64,000 bases of DNA, taken from NCBI RefSeq assembly GCF_009914755.1, contig NC_060947.1. The stretch is one strand, 5' to 3'. Shown piece after piece: positions 15,531-29,833 of the stretch; positions within the stretch are counted from its first letter, which is position 1, and every line of letters starts with the position of its first letter. The translations under genes and the position numbers were made by a program. The notes under the pieces were generated by a model that was given only the letters and a program-made list of their open reading frames with translations, searched no databases and was not told where the DNA came from. The stretch comes from the human T2T-CHM13v2.0 reference genome, Homo sapiens.

Positions 15531-17054
15531 CTGTATGGGTGGGGAGGATCGGGGCGGGGTGGTACAGAGGACTCGCAAGACAGAAGAACCAGGGAAAGGG
15601 CAGCACAAAGGGTGCTATCTGGGGAGGGTGAGAAGTCTAACTCTTCCCCAAACCTCTGGTGCCTCCTGCCTACATCTTTCCACCTGCCCCATGCTCCTCT
15701 CCCAGTCCCACAGCCAGCTCCTCTCTGCATCCTCCATTGAGCCTAGCCGGACAGACCCAACCTGGCCATCAGCTCCCAGGCCCTGGCAATGTGGCCCTCA
15801 CTGGCAACCTCACCCTGCTTCATTTTCCGTGCAACCTGGGGCCAAGTCTTTGGAGGCGTGGCATGTCCGGAGGTACGCCAGCAGCCCTCGCCTCCTCCCA
15901 GAGAGGCAGTGCAGTCAGTGTGTGTCCAGGAGACAGACAGACAGACACACAGACAAGGTCTAGGTCTCCTCTCATTCCCCCACTGCTGTGGGAAACAGCA
16001 GCCTAGCAAGGTTGTCCTCTGGGTCGGATTTCATATTTCTTCTTCCCTCTCTGCCTTCTGACTCTGGGCATCATGTGTGTGAACAAGCCTTTTAGAGTCT
16101 CATGAAATCACAGATGACTCTCTAGTCCCGGATGTTTGCTGAGCTGGCCACAAGATCAACTCCTCTGGAATCCAAGACAAATGTCCATTTAGAAATGTCA
16201 CTGTGCCTCCTTTTTTTCCAGAAAATGGAAACTTGGGAATTCTGCTCCCCCTCCTTCCTGCCACAGCTGTCAGGAAGCTCAGGGGCACACTGAGCCCCAT
16301 ACTCTCTGAGGCGCCTGCTCACATACATTCCCTTGGCTTCCTTCCTCTCAGAGCTCTTTGTTCTGTTTTCTCCCCCACAGGATTGGTCCTACCCTCTGTT
16401 TTAACCTTTAAGGAGAATGGGGGAGGGATCTGCCATTTATAGCTTAGGGCTGAAGAGTGCGGCCTGCCCGGACTCAAATGGCCTGTGGGTCCAGGTTCCA
16501 GCTGCTGCTGTGTGTCCCTGGACAAGCGACTCATTCTCTCTAAGCCTCTGGCTCCTCATCTACAGCACAGGCATGACCACAGCTCCTACTTCATAGGCAG
16601 TGCTTGTGGGAAATAAATGAGGCCATTCATGTAAAGCGTTTGGAGCCATACCTGCATCTCAGTGAGTGCCACCTAATGCTAATGAGTAGAATGATCGTGC
16701 AATCTTCTCTGCACCACGTAGTTGGGAGGGAGGAATTCTCTCAAAGTCTCACAGTGGTCCTGAGCTGTAGATGGCATCTCGTCCATTTTACAGATGGGAA
16801 AAGTGAAGTCGAGCAATGGAGTGACTGGCTTTGATCGTCCCACATTAGGGGAGTGTCAGCACTGGGATTTGGATCCAGTCTGTGTGTCTGTCTGTGTCTG
16901 TTACATCCACTGTCCACCCCAGTGCCTCTCTGGGTCAACAGAGTCGAATGAGTTGGGACCTCCAATGCTAAACAGCTTTGGAGGGGCTGCCACATGAGCC
17001 AGGGATTTCTCTGCACCTGTCCTCTCATCTCTCAGATGAGGTGAGCAGGCCAGC

Positions 17055-17210
17055 TCCGTGATTCTCCAACCTGGCTGGATGTCAATGTCCCCTGAGACTG
17101 GTTGATGACACAGCTTCCTGGGCCCCACCCCCATGCTACTGAACCAGACCCTGAAGGCTGGGCTCCAGGAATCTGCATTTCTAGGAGCCCATGTTGTGAT
17201 TCTGATGTAG
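17055..17210. mobile_element. MER5A-like DNA transposon remnant (inverted copy at about 49885-50040)
   Basis: Typical MER5 motifs (AGAAATGCAGATTCCTGGAGCCCAGCC, GGCCCAGGAA, AGGTTGGAGAATCAC). Confidence 0.6.
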
Positions 17211-17717
17211 CCAGTCTGGGCTTCCAAAACCTCTAGGTGACATTTGAAGCAAACTTCTGAGGCAGGATGCTTCTCTTCCCTCCAGGGCCTGAGATGGTGT
17301 CCTCCAGGGAGCCTGCACTTGCTGTGCACTCACTCTCCTGCCATTCTCAGTGGGGATCCAGGGAAAAGCGTGATTTGGCCAGTGTGGCTTCTACAGCCTT
17401 CAACATGGTTAACATATGATTTAATTTCATTAGCCCACCCAACAAACCCTCCCTTATCACTGATTTTTTTTTTTTTAGGGAAATCAAGAGTCTGGGAAGT
17501 TTCTAATGTGCCAGGTCATATAGCCTGTAAGGACCAGGCCAAGGTTAAAATCCAAATATTTTCACCTTCAAACATGCCCTCTTCTCACTGAATCAGGAAG
17601 GAACTTGGCAGTGAGTACAGAGCAGAAGTGGCACTAGAGGGAAACCCAGTGGAATCGATAAGGTTTTCATTCAGTGAAGGCCAGTCTGATGGGTGACCCA
17701 TAGTGCTGCCCACATAC

Positions 17718-17965
17718 TTGCATGGGCATTGGTGCGCAGACGGCCGGTCCTCAGGGGTGGTATGTGCACATAGGAGATGCCTGTCCTTTCTGACACTGTA
17801 ACCTCTATGCTCAGCCTCTTCACCAATTGGCCAGGCCTCAGGCTCACCACCAGCTGGTACTGGCCCTGGTGCCGCTGAAGCAGTTCCTCATAGGCCAGGG
17901 AAAAAGTCACCTCTGTGCCTGCTGCCAGGCTGGTGGAGATGCGGAACTTCTCTGATTCCCGGTCC
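17718..17965 (-). CDS. ITIH6: ITIH6 coding exon 4 (end of VIT domain)
   Basis: DRESEKFRISTSLAAGTEVTFSLAYEELLQRHQGQYQLVVSLRPGQLVKRL...NAHA; cag/GTATGT; 248 nt. Confidence 0.95.
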
Positions 17966-18806
17966 CTGGGCAGGAAAGGGAGGATGGTGGGAAGAGAAAG
18001 GGACCTTCAGAGGAGTACAGGGGCTGTTAGATGACCTAGTTTTGCTCCCCCCAACCCTGGTCCCAGCCGACCTGACTAGGCTTCTGGTTCAACTGAGTCA
18101 CTGGCTCATGGTCCGTCATCCATGCATCCACTTATCAGTCTCTCTCTCCCTCCCTCCCTCATTCAGCCTCCTAAATATTCTGCTTGAGAAATTATCTCAC
18201 AGGTGGTCCACCCTTAAGGGAACTTAGTCCATCAAAATCTGAATATATAACAGACCAACTAGGGTCTAATGATTCATTTTACAAAAGAGTTTTCAATTTA
18301 CATACAATGCCTCAGCCCCTTCAAATAGACCCTCCTACTATCCTCTCCCCTATGCTTTTGAAGGAGCTTGTTTATATGGCAGTAACTCAGTTTGCTGGAG
18401 CCAAAGCTAAAGTGTTTGCTCCATGAAACTCTCTTGGAAGCTGGGAGGAAACACTGAAGGAAGACAATACATTTCTGCCCGCTGAATGGAACTCAGGAAA
18501 CAAAATTCAATTTAGAAAAATCTCACTTGCATATAACCTTCCTGGAAGGTGCCAATTCTTAAATAAGCCACAATCTGCTGACAGTAGAAAAGTAGAAATG
18601 GGGAAGTAAATTTCCATTTATTGAACACCCACCCTGTTACAGGCTTTGATATTCATTAACTCACATCATCTTCACATGATCCTGTGAAGTAGAGGTCATG
18701 TCCCCACTCTGCAGAGATGGAGACTGAGGACCAGAGAGAACGTGCATCTCCCCTGATCACACAGCTAAGATGATTAAGTCATGTTTTGGACTGGATGGGG
18801 CCTTAC

Positions 18807-18917
18807 CTGATGCCTACATGAGCAGCTGTCTTTCCCTGCTGATGGGCTTCTTCATAGATTTTCTTTGCCTGGTGCTTCTCTTTGACTTCTGCAATGTAGA
18901 CTTTATTGTTGATGGTC
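18807..18917 (-). CDS. ITIH6: ITIH6 coding exon 3 (VIT domain)
   Basis: TINNKVYIAEVKEKHQAKKIYEEAHQQGKTAAHVGI; tag/GTAAGG; 111 nt. Confidence 0.95.
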
Positions 18918-19739
18918 CTAATGGGGCAGGAAAGAGGAGGGACAGTAGAGACAGAGAAAATAAAGAGTTGGTCAGAGACAGAGAAAGAGACACATGAGGT
19001 AGAAAGAGGAGGGTAGAGATAGGGAAAGAGAAAGAACAACACAGTGCCATAAAGCCCCAGTGTGAGCGGCAAGAAGAGAAGAAGAGGAAAGGAGAGGGAG
19101 ATAACAGAGTGAAGTAGTTATCATTATCTCCATTTGTCAGATGGGGAAATAGAGGCCACACAGCATATGGTGGATCTGGTTGTTAGAGTCTTGTGTTTCC
19201 CAAAGTGTTGAATGAATTCTACCTTTTGGCACACAGCATAATTTTAGGTACGATATAACCGAATATTTTTATTATAATTGTTATGTATTTACAGTAATGT
19301 TTCTTAAATTACAACTAGCACATTAAACCCATGATCTCATAGATATTGTTGCTCAGAATAAAACTAACTCAGATCATCTCAGAAAGTATATCTATTGAAA
19401 AAATATATTGGGTAAATAATATGGCCATATTAATATAAAAATATATTAAGTAAATACTGTGGGTGGTAAAAGTGGTAAAAATTGTGAAAGAAGTGTGCAA
19501 ATTGTTGCAAAGTCTTCTGGGCCTGACTAGGGAGGAGGCCTTGTCCTCAGGGAGCTCAGAGACTGATGAGTTACAAGCAGACTTGCTTACCCCCATTCTC
19601 CCCATTTCTCTAAGGAAGGTAATAAAGTGAAAAGAAGCTCAAAGAAGGGAGAGAACACTTTTGCCCAAGTCTTCAGGAAAGGGTCCTAGAGAAGGTAGTC
19701 TTGAAGCTAAGCCTGAAAGACAGGGAGGATATGGATAAA

Positions 19740-20540
19740 TAATCCTCACTGGCCATGCCTTCTCAGTTTCCTCTGTTGGCTCTTTCTCTTCCTAACCTCT
19801 AAATCTTTGGAACACTCCAAGGCTCTGTTGTCAACCTTTTATCCTCTCCCCTCCCTCCCTCTCCCCTTCTGTCCTCTATTCTTTCTACATTGGCTCTCTA
19901 GGTGATGTCATTTAGCACCATGGCCTTAAATACCATTTATATACAGATGCCTCCCAAATATGTATCTCCAGTGTGGACTTGTGCCCTGAACTTCAGACCC
20001 ATCCAATTTCTTTTTTTTTAAATTTTATTATTATTATACTTTAAGTTTTAGGGTACATGTGCACAATGTGCAGGTTAGTTACATATGGTGGCACATATAC
20101 ATCATGGAATACTATGCAGCCATAAAAATGATGAGTTCATGTCCTTTGTAGGGACATGGATGAAATTGGAAATCATCATTCTCAGTAAACTGTCACAGGA
20201 ACAAAAAACCAATTTCTTACTTGACATCTCCACTAGGATGTTCCATAGACACCTCAAGCTGAACAGATCCAAAACTGAGCTCCTGACAACTCTCCCCTCC
20301 CAAATCTGCTCCTCCTCTGGTATCTTTGTTTCAGGACATAGTTGCTCAGCTAAAAATCTTAGAGTCATGTTGGATTCTCCTCTTTGTTTCACAATCCACA
20401 TCCAATCCATCAGGGATTTTCAGCTCCATCTTTAGAAGACATCCACAATCTGACTGACTTCTTACCACTTTATTTGCTGCTGTACCCCTGGTGTCTGGAA
20501 TATGGCTTGGCACAGAGGAGGTGCTCAACAATTATTTGTG
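19740..20540. mobile_element. L2 remnant hosting the mini-L1
   Basis: L2-type motifs (CAAATATGTATCTCCAG, GACATCTCCACTAGGATG, CTTGGCACAGAGGAGGTGCTCAA). Confidence 0.6.
20011..20210 (-). mobile_element. About 200-bp L1PA (PA2/PA3-like) insertion with 5' inversion
   Basis: Poly-T plus last about 75 nt of L1 on minus, then about 120 nt of L1 in opposite orientation; TSD CCAATTTCTT at 20003-20012 and 20209-20218. Confidence 0.85.
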
Positions 20541-22763
20541 GAGTGGACATCCTGGACAGACAGCAGGAAAACACAGAATGTGTTTCAGGGGACAGCAAGT
20601 AGTTAAATTTGACTGGAGTGGAGGGGCAGGGAAGGGAGGTATGGAGAGAAAGTTGGGGTGGTTGAGTGGGCCTAGAGAATAGGGGGCTTTGAACACAAGA
20701 CTCAATGAGCTCATACAGCAGCAAAGACTTTTTGCCGTGGAGAATGGAGAGTCTTGGACAAATCTTGAAAAGGGGAAGGATGGATCAGAGCTGGCCTTTG
20801 AGGAGTGATAGTTGGGTGTCCTAGAGAAAGTTAGTGCAACTCTGTAGGACGCAAGTACAACAGTTTCCATTTTACAAGTGGAGTAACTGAGGCACAGGTA
20901 TCAGGAAGTTGCTTGACCAAGGCAGCAGCTTCCAGGAGCACTGGGGGAAGATAGGCTGGTGGCAGAAGAGACCACTCAGGGAAGAAGTGTTTCTAGGCAG
21001 TTGAAACAGAGTATTGCTGTGGCTGGGCTAGTGTGGGGGTGGGCCGAGTTGGCACCTCCCCAAGGTCTCCTGGGGGGTGAGGGGGGTAGGGTGGAGCTGG
21101 TCTGGCAGCAGGACACTGGGGCCTCTGTGTGTGTGCTGCCTCCAGCCAGCATACTTTCCACAGAGTCTGCCCAAGAACATTTCCTCCAGCCTGCTTTGCT
21201 TAATTTTTTTTAAAAAAATCTGTTGGTGTTTTTTTCAACTGAAGCAAAAATCCAAATTCTGCCTGACTACTTGGCCCTTACATCATTTGACTGCCAGCTT
21301 CTCTGGTTAGCCCCCCATAGTCCAAACCCACGCCTGCTCTTTTTGGTCCTTGATTCCCCTGGGTCCCAACATGCAATGATCTTGGTCCCTTCAAATCTTA
21401 CCCATATGGAAATCCTGCTTTCAGGGAGCCCTCCTTGACTGCCTCAGCACTTCTCCCCCAAATTCCCTGGCTCTGACTCCATACCAATCCCCTCCTCTAA
21501 CCCAATCCTTCTCCAGGGGAAGTGCCAGGAGGTTCTTGATGGCACAGCCTAGGCCCACCCCAGGGCTGCTGTTTGAGGTTGTACAGATTATTGATGGCAC
21601 AAGAACCTCCTCCCAACTAACAGGGACAAGCGGGGCTGAACAAGGGTGGATATTCTGCTTGTGCTGGGCTCACTTATCTGGTAAATCTGATAGTCCCTCT
21701 ACCCAAATCCAGGGGCCTTTTTGTAATTCACACTAAAGTGTGATACTGGCTACTGAGGCCCCACTAAGCTTTCCCTTTATCTGCTCCAGCTCCCTTGTTT
21801 ATCACCTCAACAGGGTACTGTCATCTACCAGGTCTAACAAGCCGAAAAAAGGTAAACACCATCTATATTTACTTACTCTCCACTACAGTCAGGTTGTTTC
21901 TCTTTCGATAGTCTCTCAGATCCACCACCACTGTCCTGCTCCCACCTTCAGCAACTCCTACGTGGATTCTGCCCCTGTTTGCCTACTCAGCTCCTGGCCA
22001 CCTAGCCGGCCCCTCCAGTCTGCTACCACTTCACAATCACCTCTCCTTGCTTAACACCTTGCCATGTCTCCTTATTATGGCCCACACTTATTTCTAAAGA
22101 GGGGTGCACATGTCCCAGGGGATGCTGGAGACAAATCGAAAGGGAGTGGAAAAATAATATTCATACTCTATTTTAGGGCTTTTTCCTTATCCTTTAGGGA
22201 TTAATATTTATATGCTTCATAATGTACCTAATATATTTGCTCAGCAGTATATTTATATAATGCATAAATGAATAAGTATATATGTTTTGAGAGTATAGGA
22301 TCAAGTTTTTCCTGATAGGTGTGCAAACACATAAGATGGTTTGGAGACCATTAAGTGAGACCCAAGGAGGTGCTCTAACATTGAAAGTCCTCCACAGCCT
22401 AGTCTTTCTCTGCCTCTCACATCTCACTCTTCTACCACTCTTCTACCTCTTGTCTGTCCCTGACAGTACAGTGACACAGAAGTACTTGCAGTTCCCCTAA
22501 TTAAGGGAACATTTGTGCCTTTATTCCTTTTTCCTGGATTCCTCCAGTCCTGCCCTCACCCTGGTTGCCTGGTGAAGATGTCCTATTTCAAGCCTCAGTT
22601 TAGGTGTTATCTCTCTGAGGTTTTCTCCACCAGCCTGGGAATAGGAAACCCACCATTGTCTTCTGGTCCACCTCACCATTCCAACCATTCCACATTCAGA
22701 CTTCAGTTTTCCCCAGCATACTTTATTAAAGTAATCTGCTCACTGCTCCCCAACCCAATGCTC

Positions 22764-23045
22764 TTTTTTAGAGACAGTCTCACTCTGTCACCCAGGCTGG
22801 AGTGCAGAGATCATAGCACAGTGCAGCCTCAACTTCCCATGTTCAAGCAATCCTCCTGCCTCAGCCTTCTGAGTAGCTGAGACTATAGGCATGCACCACC
22901 ACACCCTGCTAATTTTTATTTTTTTTCTAAAGATGGGTTCTCCCTATATTGCCCAGGCTAGTCTTGATCTCCTGGCCTCAAGCAATCCTCCCACTTCAGC
23001 CTCATGAAGCTCTGGGATTACAGGTGTGAGTCACTGTGCTGGGCC
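22764..23045 (-). mobile_element. AluJ-like element
   Basis: Reverse Alu consensus with J-type diagnostics (CAAGCAATCCTCC, GGCCTCAAGCAATCC). Confidence 0.85.
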
Positions 23046-23284
23046 AGTTTCCTTTTTTATATCCCCCCTTAAATTGTGAACTCTCTGAGGCTAGGGACTA
23101 TATGCAGTTCACCTTCCTCTTTCTGTTGGACTCAGCACAGTGTAAGTCACACACTCAGCACCAGGAAATGTTTGTTTAAAAAGCAATAAAGCTAATATTA
23201 TCAACTACTTAATATGTGCCTGGAGCTAATTTTAGCATATGTTTCCATGTATATTAGTTCATTTAATCCTTGAAAGTGAGTTCT

Positions 23285-23735
<451 letters not shown>

Positions 23736-23822
23736 TCACTATGCTCTGCTGACAGAATAAGCACAAGAACGAACAAATATATGCACAAATGAATGAAGTG
23801 GTGACTTTGGAAGCAGACTTAC

Positions 23823-23977
23823 ATAGTGAAATTGGAGATAAAGGCAAGATGAGGCAGATCCAGGTCAAAGATGGCTTCATGGGCTTCAGCATGTGGATTA
23901 AACAGGACAGAGGTGACCAAGGTGTGGGCATAGCGAGACACCACCGTGGAGCGCATAGAATAGCTTGTCATTAACAA
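23823..23977 (-). CDS. ITIH6: ITIH6 coding exon 2 (start of VIT domain)
   Basis: LLMTSYSMRSTVVSRYAHTLVTSVLFNPHAEAHEAIFDLDLPHLAFISNFT; ctctctcag/GTAAGT; 155 nt. Confidence 0.95.
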
Positions 23978-24221
23978 CTGAGAGAGAAGACAGGAGGAGG
24001 TGTTTTAGGTAGACTATGTCCTCAGCCTAGATGGGCTAGTCTTTGGGAACCCAAGATTCCTACACAGGCCTCAAAGTATACAGGTGGATAAACTAAGGCC
24101 TAGAGAGGGAAAACAACCTCTGTCATCCATTTGGTGGATCTGCCTGATTACTTCAGCAAGCTTTATCAAGTCTCAGAACCCAAGACTCACAGAAGATTAG
24201 AGATCAAGGGACCTCTCTGGA

Positions 24222-24390
24222 CAAGCACTTCTCTAACTTTGATGTGCACATGAATCTCCTGGAAAGCTTGTTAAAATGAAGATTCTGATTCAGCAAGACT
24301 AGGGTGAAGGCTGAGATTTTATCTTTCTAAAAAGCTCCCATGGAATGATGCTGCTGCTAGTCCACAGATTTCACTTTGAGTAGCAAGGCT
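24222..24390. mobile_element. MER5-like DNA transposon remnant
   Basis: GAATCTCCTGGAAAGCTTGTTAAAATGAAGATTCTGATTCAG...CACTTTGAGTAGCAAGG. Confidence 0.65.
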
Positions 24391-24989
24391 TTAGAATATA
24401 GCAGAGCATCCGCCATTCATTGAATCCTACTCTGTCCAAGGCACTGTGATAAATACTGATTTTTTTCTTCTTTAGGATCTCAGGTGTAAAGAGTTGCACT
24501 TATAAGCACAATCATGCACTGCAAGCATGGTAAGTATCTGGCATCCATGATGAGGGCACACAGCAAGTACAATATCTATCTTCTTCCTCTCCTTTCTTGA
24601 GGCAATGGTCCCTCTATCTACCCACACGTGATGCAGAGCTAGTTCCTTCCCAGTGTGGGGCAGTGGGAAATGAGGATGATTTGAGATCAGACGGTTCTGC
24701 CACTTCCTAACTGTGTCTTAACCTTGGAACCTCTGTTTTCTCTTCTCTATAATGGGGATAATAATATAGCCCAGCTCACAGAGATGCTGTGAGGACTAAA
24801 TGAAATAATAATTCTGGGACCCCTGGTGCAGCACCTGACATGTGCTCAGCAAATAGTACCTCTTTTCTCTGGCTCTAGTTTCTCAGTCATAGGACTGAAG
24901 AAACACACTGAATAACCTTCCCAAATTTCCCCCAAGAAGCTAATTTTATCACAAATCCCCAAGCTTTTTTCCCTCATCCCAGAACTGAC

Positions 24990-25091
24990 CTTTGTGCTTG
25001 ATGAAGCGGGGACAGGGGGTCCCTGGTATGTCAGTTCAAGAAGAATGGTCAGCAAAAAGCTGACACAGATGAGGTACCTCCACCCAGACAT
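24990..25091 (-). CDS. ITIH6: ITIH6 coding exon 1 (signal peptide)
   Basis: MSGWRYLICVSFLLTILLELTYQGPPVPASSSTK with hydrophobic signal peptide; GTCAGT donor; exons 1-6 splice in frame (903 nt). Confidence 0.93.
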
Positions 25092-26914
25092 GATGCCACC
25101 TCTGGCCTGGATCTGTTGTTCACATCCAGAAGATCTGAGCCCGATCTCCAAACCCTTGCTCTTTTAAACCTCCAGGTATCCCTTCTCTTGAGAGGGAGGG
25201 ACCATCCTGAAGGGTGGGGAAGGCTCTGAATGTGGCATTGAGGCTCACACAAGCCAGGATTGTCCAAGAGCTGGGGCTGGCATCTTGCCTGGAGAAGGGC
25301 CAGTTCTACGCTTCCTTTTTTCCCCTCATCCAGCTGTAAGATGAATGGAAACTAAACATACCAGAGTGCTGGGTCTGTCTGTTTGCTGTGTTGGCTCAGG
25401 GTGGGGTTTTTCTTTCCTATAAACATCCACAGGAGCCCAGTAACTGGGGCCAGAGAAAGGTCACTTAGCACTGATCATCTTAAAAAGGTAGTGGCGATGA
25501 GAGAGGGATTGGCAAGGCAAGCCCCCAATACTGGTCTTCCCTGGTATTATTGACTTTAGCCTAGTGCCGGGAGGGACTTACTCAGGATCCTATAACAATT
25601 TAGGGGTCCCATAGACATAATAAGACTTACAATCTCTAGAATAGCCAGAGGCCAAGACAGGCTGGGGCAGGACTGAGAAAGAATATAACACAGTGGTTTC
25701 AAAATACAGGCTCCAGACCCAGACCACATGGGTTTGAATCTCAGTTCTGCCACTTACTGACTGTATAATACTGAGCAAGTTAATTAACCTCTCTGTAGCC
25801 TCAGTTTCTTCATCTATAAAATAAGAATAGTAATAGCACCTACTTCATAAAGTTCTTATGAAGATTAAGTGAGTTTGTACTTTTAGAATGCTTGGCACAT
25901 GGTAAGTGATCAGTAAATAGCTGCTAGGAGGAGGGCAGGATGAGGCATGACAGAGATCAAAAGTCTGGAAAGCTCCCTGTCCTCTGAGACCTGAGTGGAG
26001 GGAGAAGGGAGGAGCTGAGGTGCTCTGGACTCAGGATCTGCAGGTCCTGTGGAGGGTGGGGGTGAGGAATGGGGCTGAGAAAAAGGAAAGTACTTGAAGG
26101 TCTGCACAAGGACTATCAGCCTCAGTCAGAATCCTGCCGACCCTGGCCCTCCGGCCTCTACCCATCCACACAGGGAGCATAGACAGCTCCAGTACTTACT
26201 CTCAGGGGCAAAATCTCTGATGACATTTTACAAACTGCCCCAGGAACACTCAGATTTGTCCTAGGGCATTTGGCATCCCAACAAAGTCTTCTCATTCTGG
26301 CATCTGTGGGTCCCAAAACCTGTCAGTTGCCACCTCGCACAAGTCCGCACCAAGTTTCCTCTCAGGATTTCCTCACGAGGGAGAGTCCTAGCTAGAGAAC
26401 AGCTCTGCTTATACAGCAACAGAGAAAACTCCCATCGGCTACCCAGTCCTTTTCTCTTAAATATGAATGAGTAGCCAAGGAGCCTCAAGCAAATTAAGGA
26501 AGCCTGTAGCATGAAAGCAAAATACTAAAAGAAACAAATAGAACAACTGACCCTAGAGCAATTTGAGGATCTGGGAAACAAAAGAGAACTTCAGGGGAAA
26601 AATTGATACTATTCTGAATAAGATTCAAGAAGATATAACATGCATAAAACAAGAACTAGATGCCATAAAACAGGAACAATCAGAGAAAACAGAGATTCCT
26701 TAGAAATTAAAAATATGTTACTGAAATAATACATTTTCCAGGACCAGGAAATGAGGAAATCTTCCAGAATGTAGGGCAAAAAAGCCAAGGCAACAGAAAA
26801 TGTGAGAGAAAATTTAAGAGAGATGGATTAATCTAGCAAATTAGACATTCAAATAATAGGAGTTCTAGATAGAGAAAACAAAACAATGAAGGAAACTTTA
26901 TTGAAAACATATTA

Positions 26915-27208
26915 GGCCAGATGTGGTGGCTCACATCTGTAATCCCAGCACTTTGGGGGGTTGAGGCGGGAGGATCGCTTGAGGCCAGGAGTTTGAGATC
27001 AGCCTGGCTAACATAGTGAGACCCTGACTCTACAAAAAAAAGTAAAAAGAAATAGCCAGTCGTGATGGCTCTCATCTGTAAATCCCAGCTACTTGGGAAG
27101 CAGAGGCGGGAGGATTGCTTGAGCCCAGGAGTTCGAGGTTACAGCGAGCCATGATTGTGCCACTGTACTCCAGCTTGGGAGACAGAGTGAGACCCTGTCT
27201 CAAAAAAA
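26915..27208 (+). mobile_element. AluJ-like element
   Basis: GGAGGATCGCTTGAGGCCAGGAG J-type diagnostics, two Alu arms. Confidence 0.85.
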
Positions 27209-28277
27209 TAGATATATTAGAAGTTATAATAATTTCCTACACCTGAAGAAGGATCTCCAGACAGGTGCCCAGAACAGTGAATCCAGGAAACAGTGAAGCC
27301 AGGAAACAGTGAATCCAATTCAAGCAATAACTGCAGCAGCCTCCTTACTGGTCCTCCTGCTTCAGCCTTCATCATCCCCTTTTCTGCCTCCCACCAGTAT
27401 ATTTTTACAACAACCAGAGGGATCCTTTTGAAACCCAAGTCAGATCCTGTCCCCTTTTTGCTCAAAACTCTCCTGTGGATCCTGCTTGTGGCTTACATGG
27501 CCCTATGTGAGAGGGGTCAGTGAGGCAAGCCCTCATTACCCATCTGACCCCATTTCCTATTACTTCCCTTCCTGCCTTCCTCCATCACTCTAGCAACTCT
27601 GGCCATTGTGTTCTTCAAAAGTGCCAGGCATGGGGAAAAAATGCCAGGCATGATCCTGTCCCATGGCCTTTGCAATGACTGTTCTTTCTGCTTGGAATGT
27701 TTTCTCACCAAGTATCCACTTGACTAGTTCTCTCACCTTATGCTAGTCTTTGCCCACATGCTACCTTTTCAGTGAGTGTTTCCCTGACCAACCTATTTAC
27801 TTATTTTTTAACTTTTTTGTTATTGATACATAATATTTGTATAAATTTATGGGATACACTGATATTTTGTTACATGCATAGAATGTGTAATAATCAAGTC
27901 AGGGTATTTATGGTATCCATTGCCTTGAGTATTTATCATTTCTATGTGTTGGGAAAATTTCAACTTATCTTTTCTAGCTATTTTGAAATATACAACACAT
28001 TGTTATGACAAGCCTATTTAAAACTGAAATTTTTCTCCATAGCACTTATCACACATTTTAATTTGGATACATTTTACTGATTTATCTTATTATCTTTTCT
28101 CTCTCCCTTACTAGAATCAGCTCCATGGGGGCCAAGGATTGCTATCTGTCTTCTTCACTGCCTAGCCTAATCTCCTAGAACAGTACCTGACACGTAGTAG
28201 ACACTCAAAAAATACTTGTTGAATGAGTGAATACAATAAAAGCATATAATTCAAGGAAAAAAGAAAGGCTTTTAGAA

Positions 28278-28281
<4 letters not shown>

Positions 28282-28318
<37 letters not shown>
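28282..28318. repeat. (TG)18 microsatellite
   Basis: Direct reading of the sequence. Confidence 0.95.
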
Positions 28319-28321
<3 letters not shown>

Positions 28322-29833
28322 TATTCAAGAAAGTCTTGGCCAAATACAAAGCAAAATAAAATGTAATATGATTATGAGCAGCTGATAAGAGTATAAGAAA
28401 GATTCCATTTGACCTTGATGCTAGAAACATTCTCCTCTGAGAGGCCCAAAGATTGTGACATTGAACTTGAAGAGAAGGAAGCGTATTCCAGGCTCACTGC
28501 TTGGCTAGATTTTGAAAAATATTTACATAGCCATGATAATGTGAATGCTGTTTATTGGGTTTCAGGTCATAGAGTCAACCTGGGGAGACAAAGCAGGGAA
28601 GATCTGATTGTGGCTGCAGAACAGAATGTAAATGTTAATAACCAGGGCAATGTAAAAGGAAAGATAAAACTGACAATGTGGGACATTGAATGGGCAGGGG
28701 GAGGGTTGTAGCCATAATATCCTTGTCTTAAAAAATGGGGAGTCAAATTATCTGTCAAAATGGATGGAATACAAAATAGAGGTCTGAGTATATTTTTTTC
28801 AAGTTATAAAATTAACCAAAAACAAAAAAGGAACATCAGTGTTAACCATTGCAGGGGAGTAGAGGGAAAAGTGAGGCACAGTACATAAACAAAATCCTTA
28901 CTGCCATCTCTGGGAGTCAATAGGATATTGTCTAATTTTTTTTAAAAAAGAAACATTACATACATATTATCTAGAGTTGTAAAGGGAACCAACAGTAGAG
29001 CTAAAACTAAAAACTGTTAAAAGTTGGCTTTGAGGGGGTGGGAGGGAGATGGGGAGGGTTGAGGCAGGGGACTATTCATTTTTATCATATGATCTTCTGT
29101 ACTATTTCATTTGTTGTCATGTACAAGCATGAAATTCATAAAAATCAAATGTTAAAAACTGCATGTTGATCTCAAAACAATGAAATAATTATATTTCCTA
29201 TGATGCTTATGACAATATCTAAATGGGCATATGGATATCCAGTTAGACGTGCCTCTATAGATGAAAAACATACTGTAATGTGCCTAGCATATGTCTGTGA
29301 AGACTGTTGGAAAGGATATTCTGGGACTTAAATCATTGGACAAAGTATAGTGTAGTGGTTAAGTCTTTGGTATTTGATATTCCACTGACTCGGGTTCAAG
29401 TCCTCTCTGTGCCACTCATTGGTCGCCTTGCCTTGGGCAAGTTACCCCTCTCACTTTTAATATTGCCATCTGTGAAATGAGGCTAATGTTCACACAGTAT
29501 AAAAATAAACCCCTTAAGAGCAAGGGCCACCTCTGGAGAGGTGTCTAATACATAGTTGGTGCTCATTTTCTGTTGAATGGCCTAATCATAGCTCACAAGC
29601 TTGTGCTGAGGAAGGACTCAATATACAGAGAACAGGGGAGAATGAGGGTTAGTCCAAAAGTGGGTAGCAGGTTTCCTCATCTATGGGAAATTTGTCTTTT
29701 GTTTGACAAAATGTCATTTTTGCTGTGGAAAGGTAACCCTTAGGGCTTAGAGTGAAACAAAGTTAACTAAATTGCCCTACATATAAAAGGGGAAAAAATG
29801 AGATTTCACCAGCAGCTCAAGAAAGAAGACATA

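Larger units (their letters stand above)
6339..17405. repeat. Left arm of a large inverted segmental duplication (partner about 49690-64000+)
   Basis: Continuous reverse-complement homology of unique intronic sequence, ITIH6 exon 5 and shared L1 junctions; window end 64000 maps to about 6339. Confidence 0.95.

Noticed and set aside
25161-25168. TATA-like TTTAAAAG upstream of the ITIH6 ATG
   Set aside because: Non-canonical motif and unknown TSS; cannot be supported without CAGE data.
27269-27316. About 16-bp direct repeats CCAGGAAACAGTGAA (three copies)
   Set aside because: Contiguous units with no spacers in a mammalian genome; a slippage repeat at an L1/L2 junction, not CRISPR-like.
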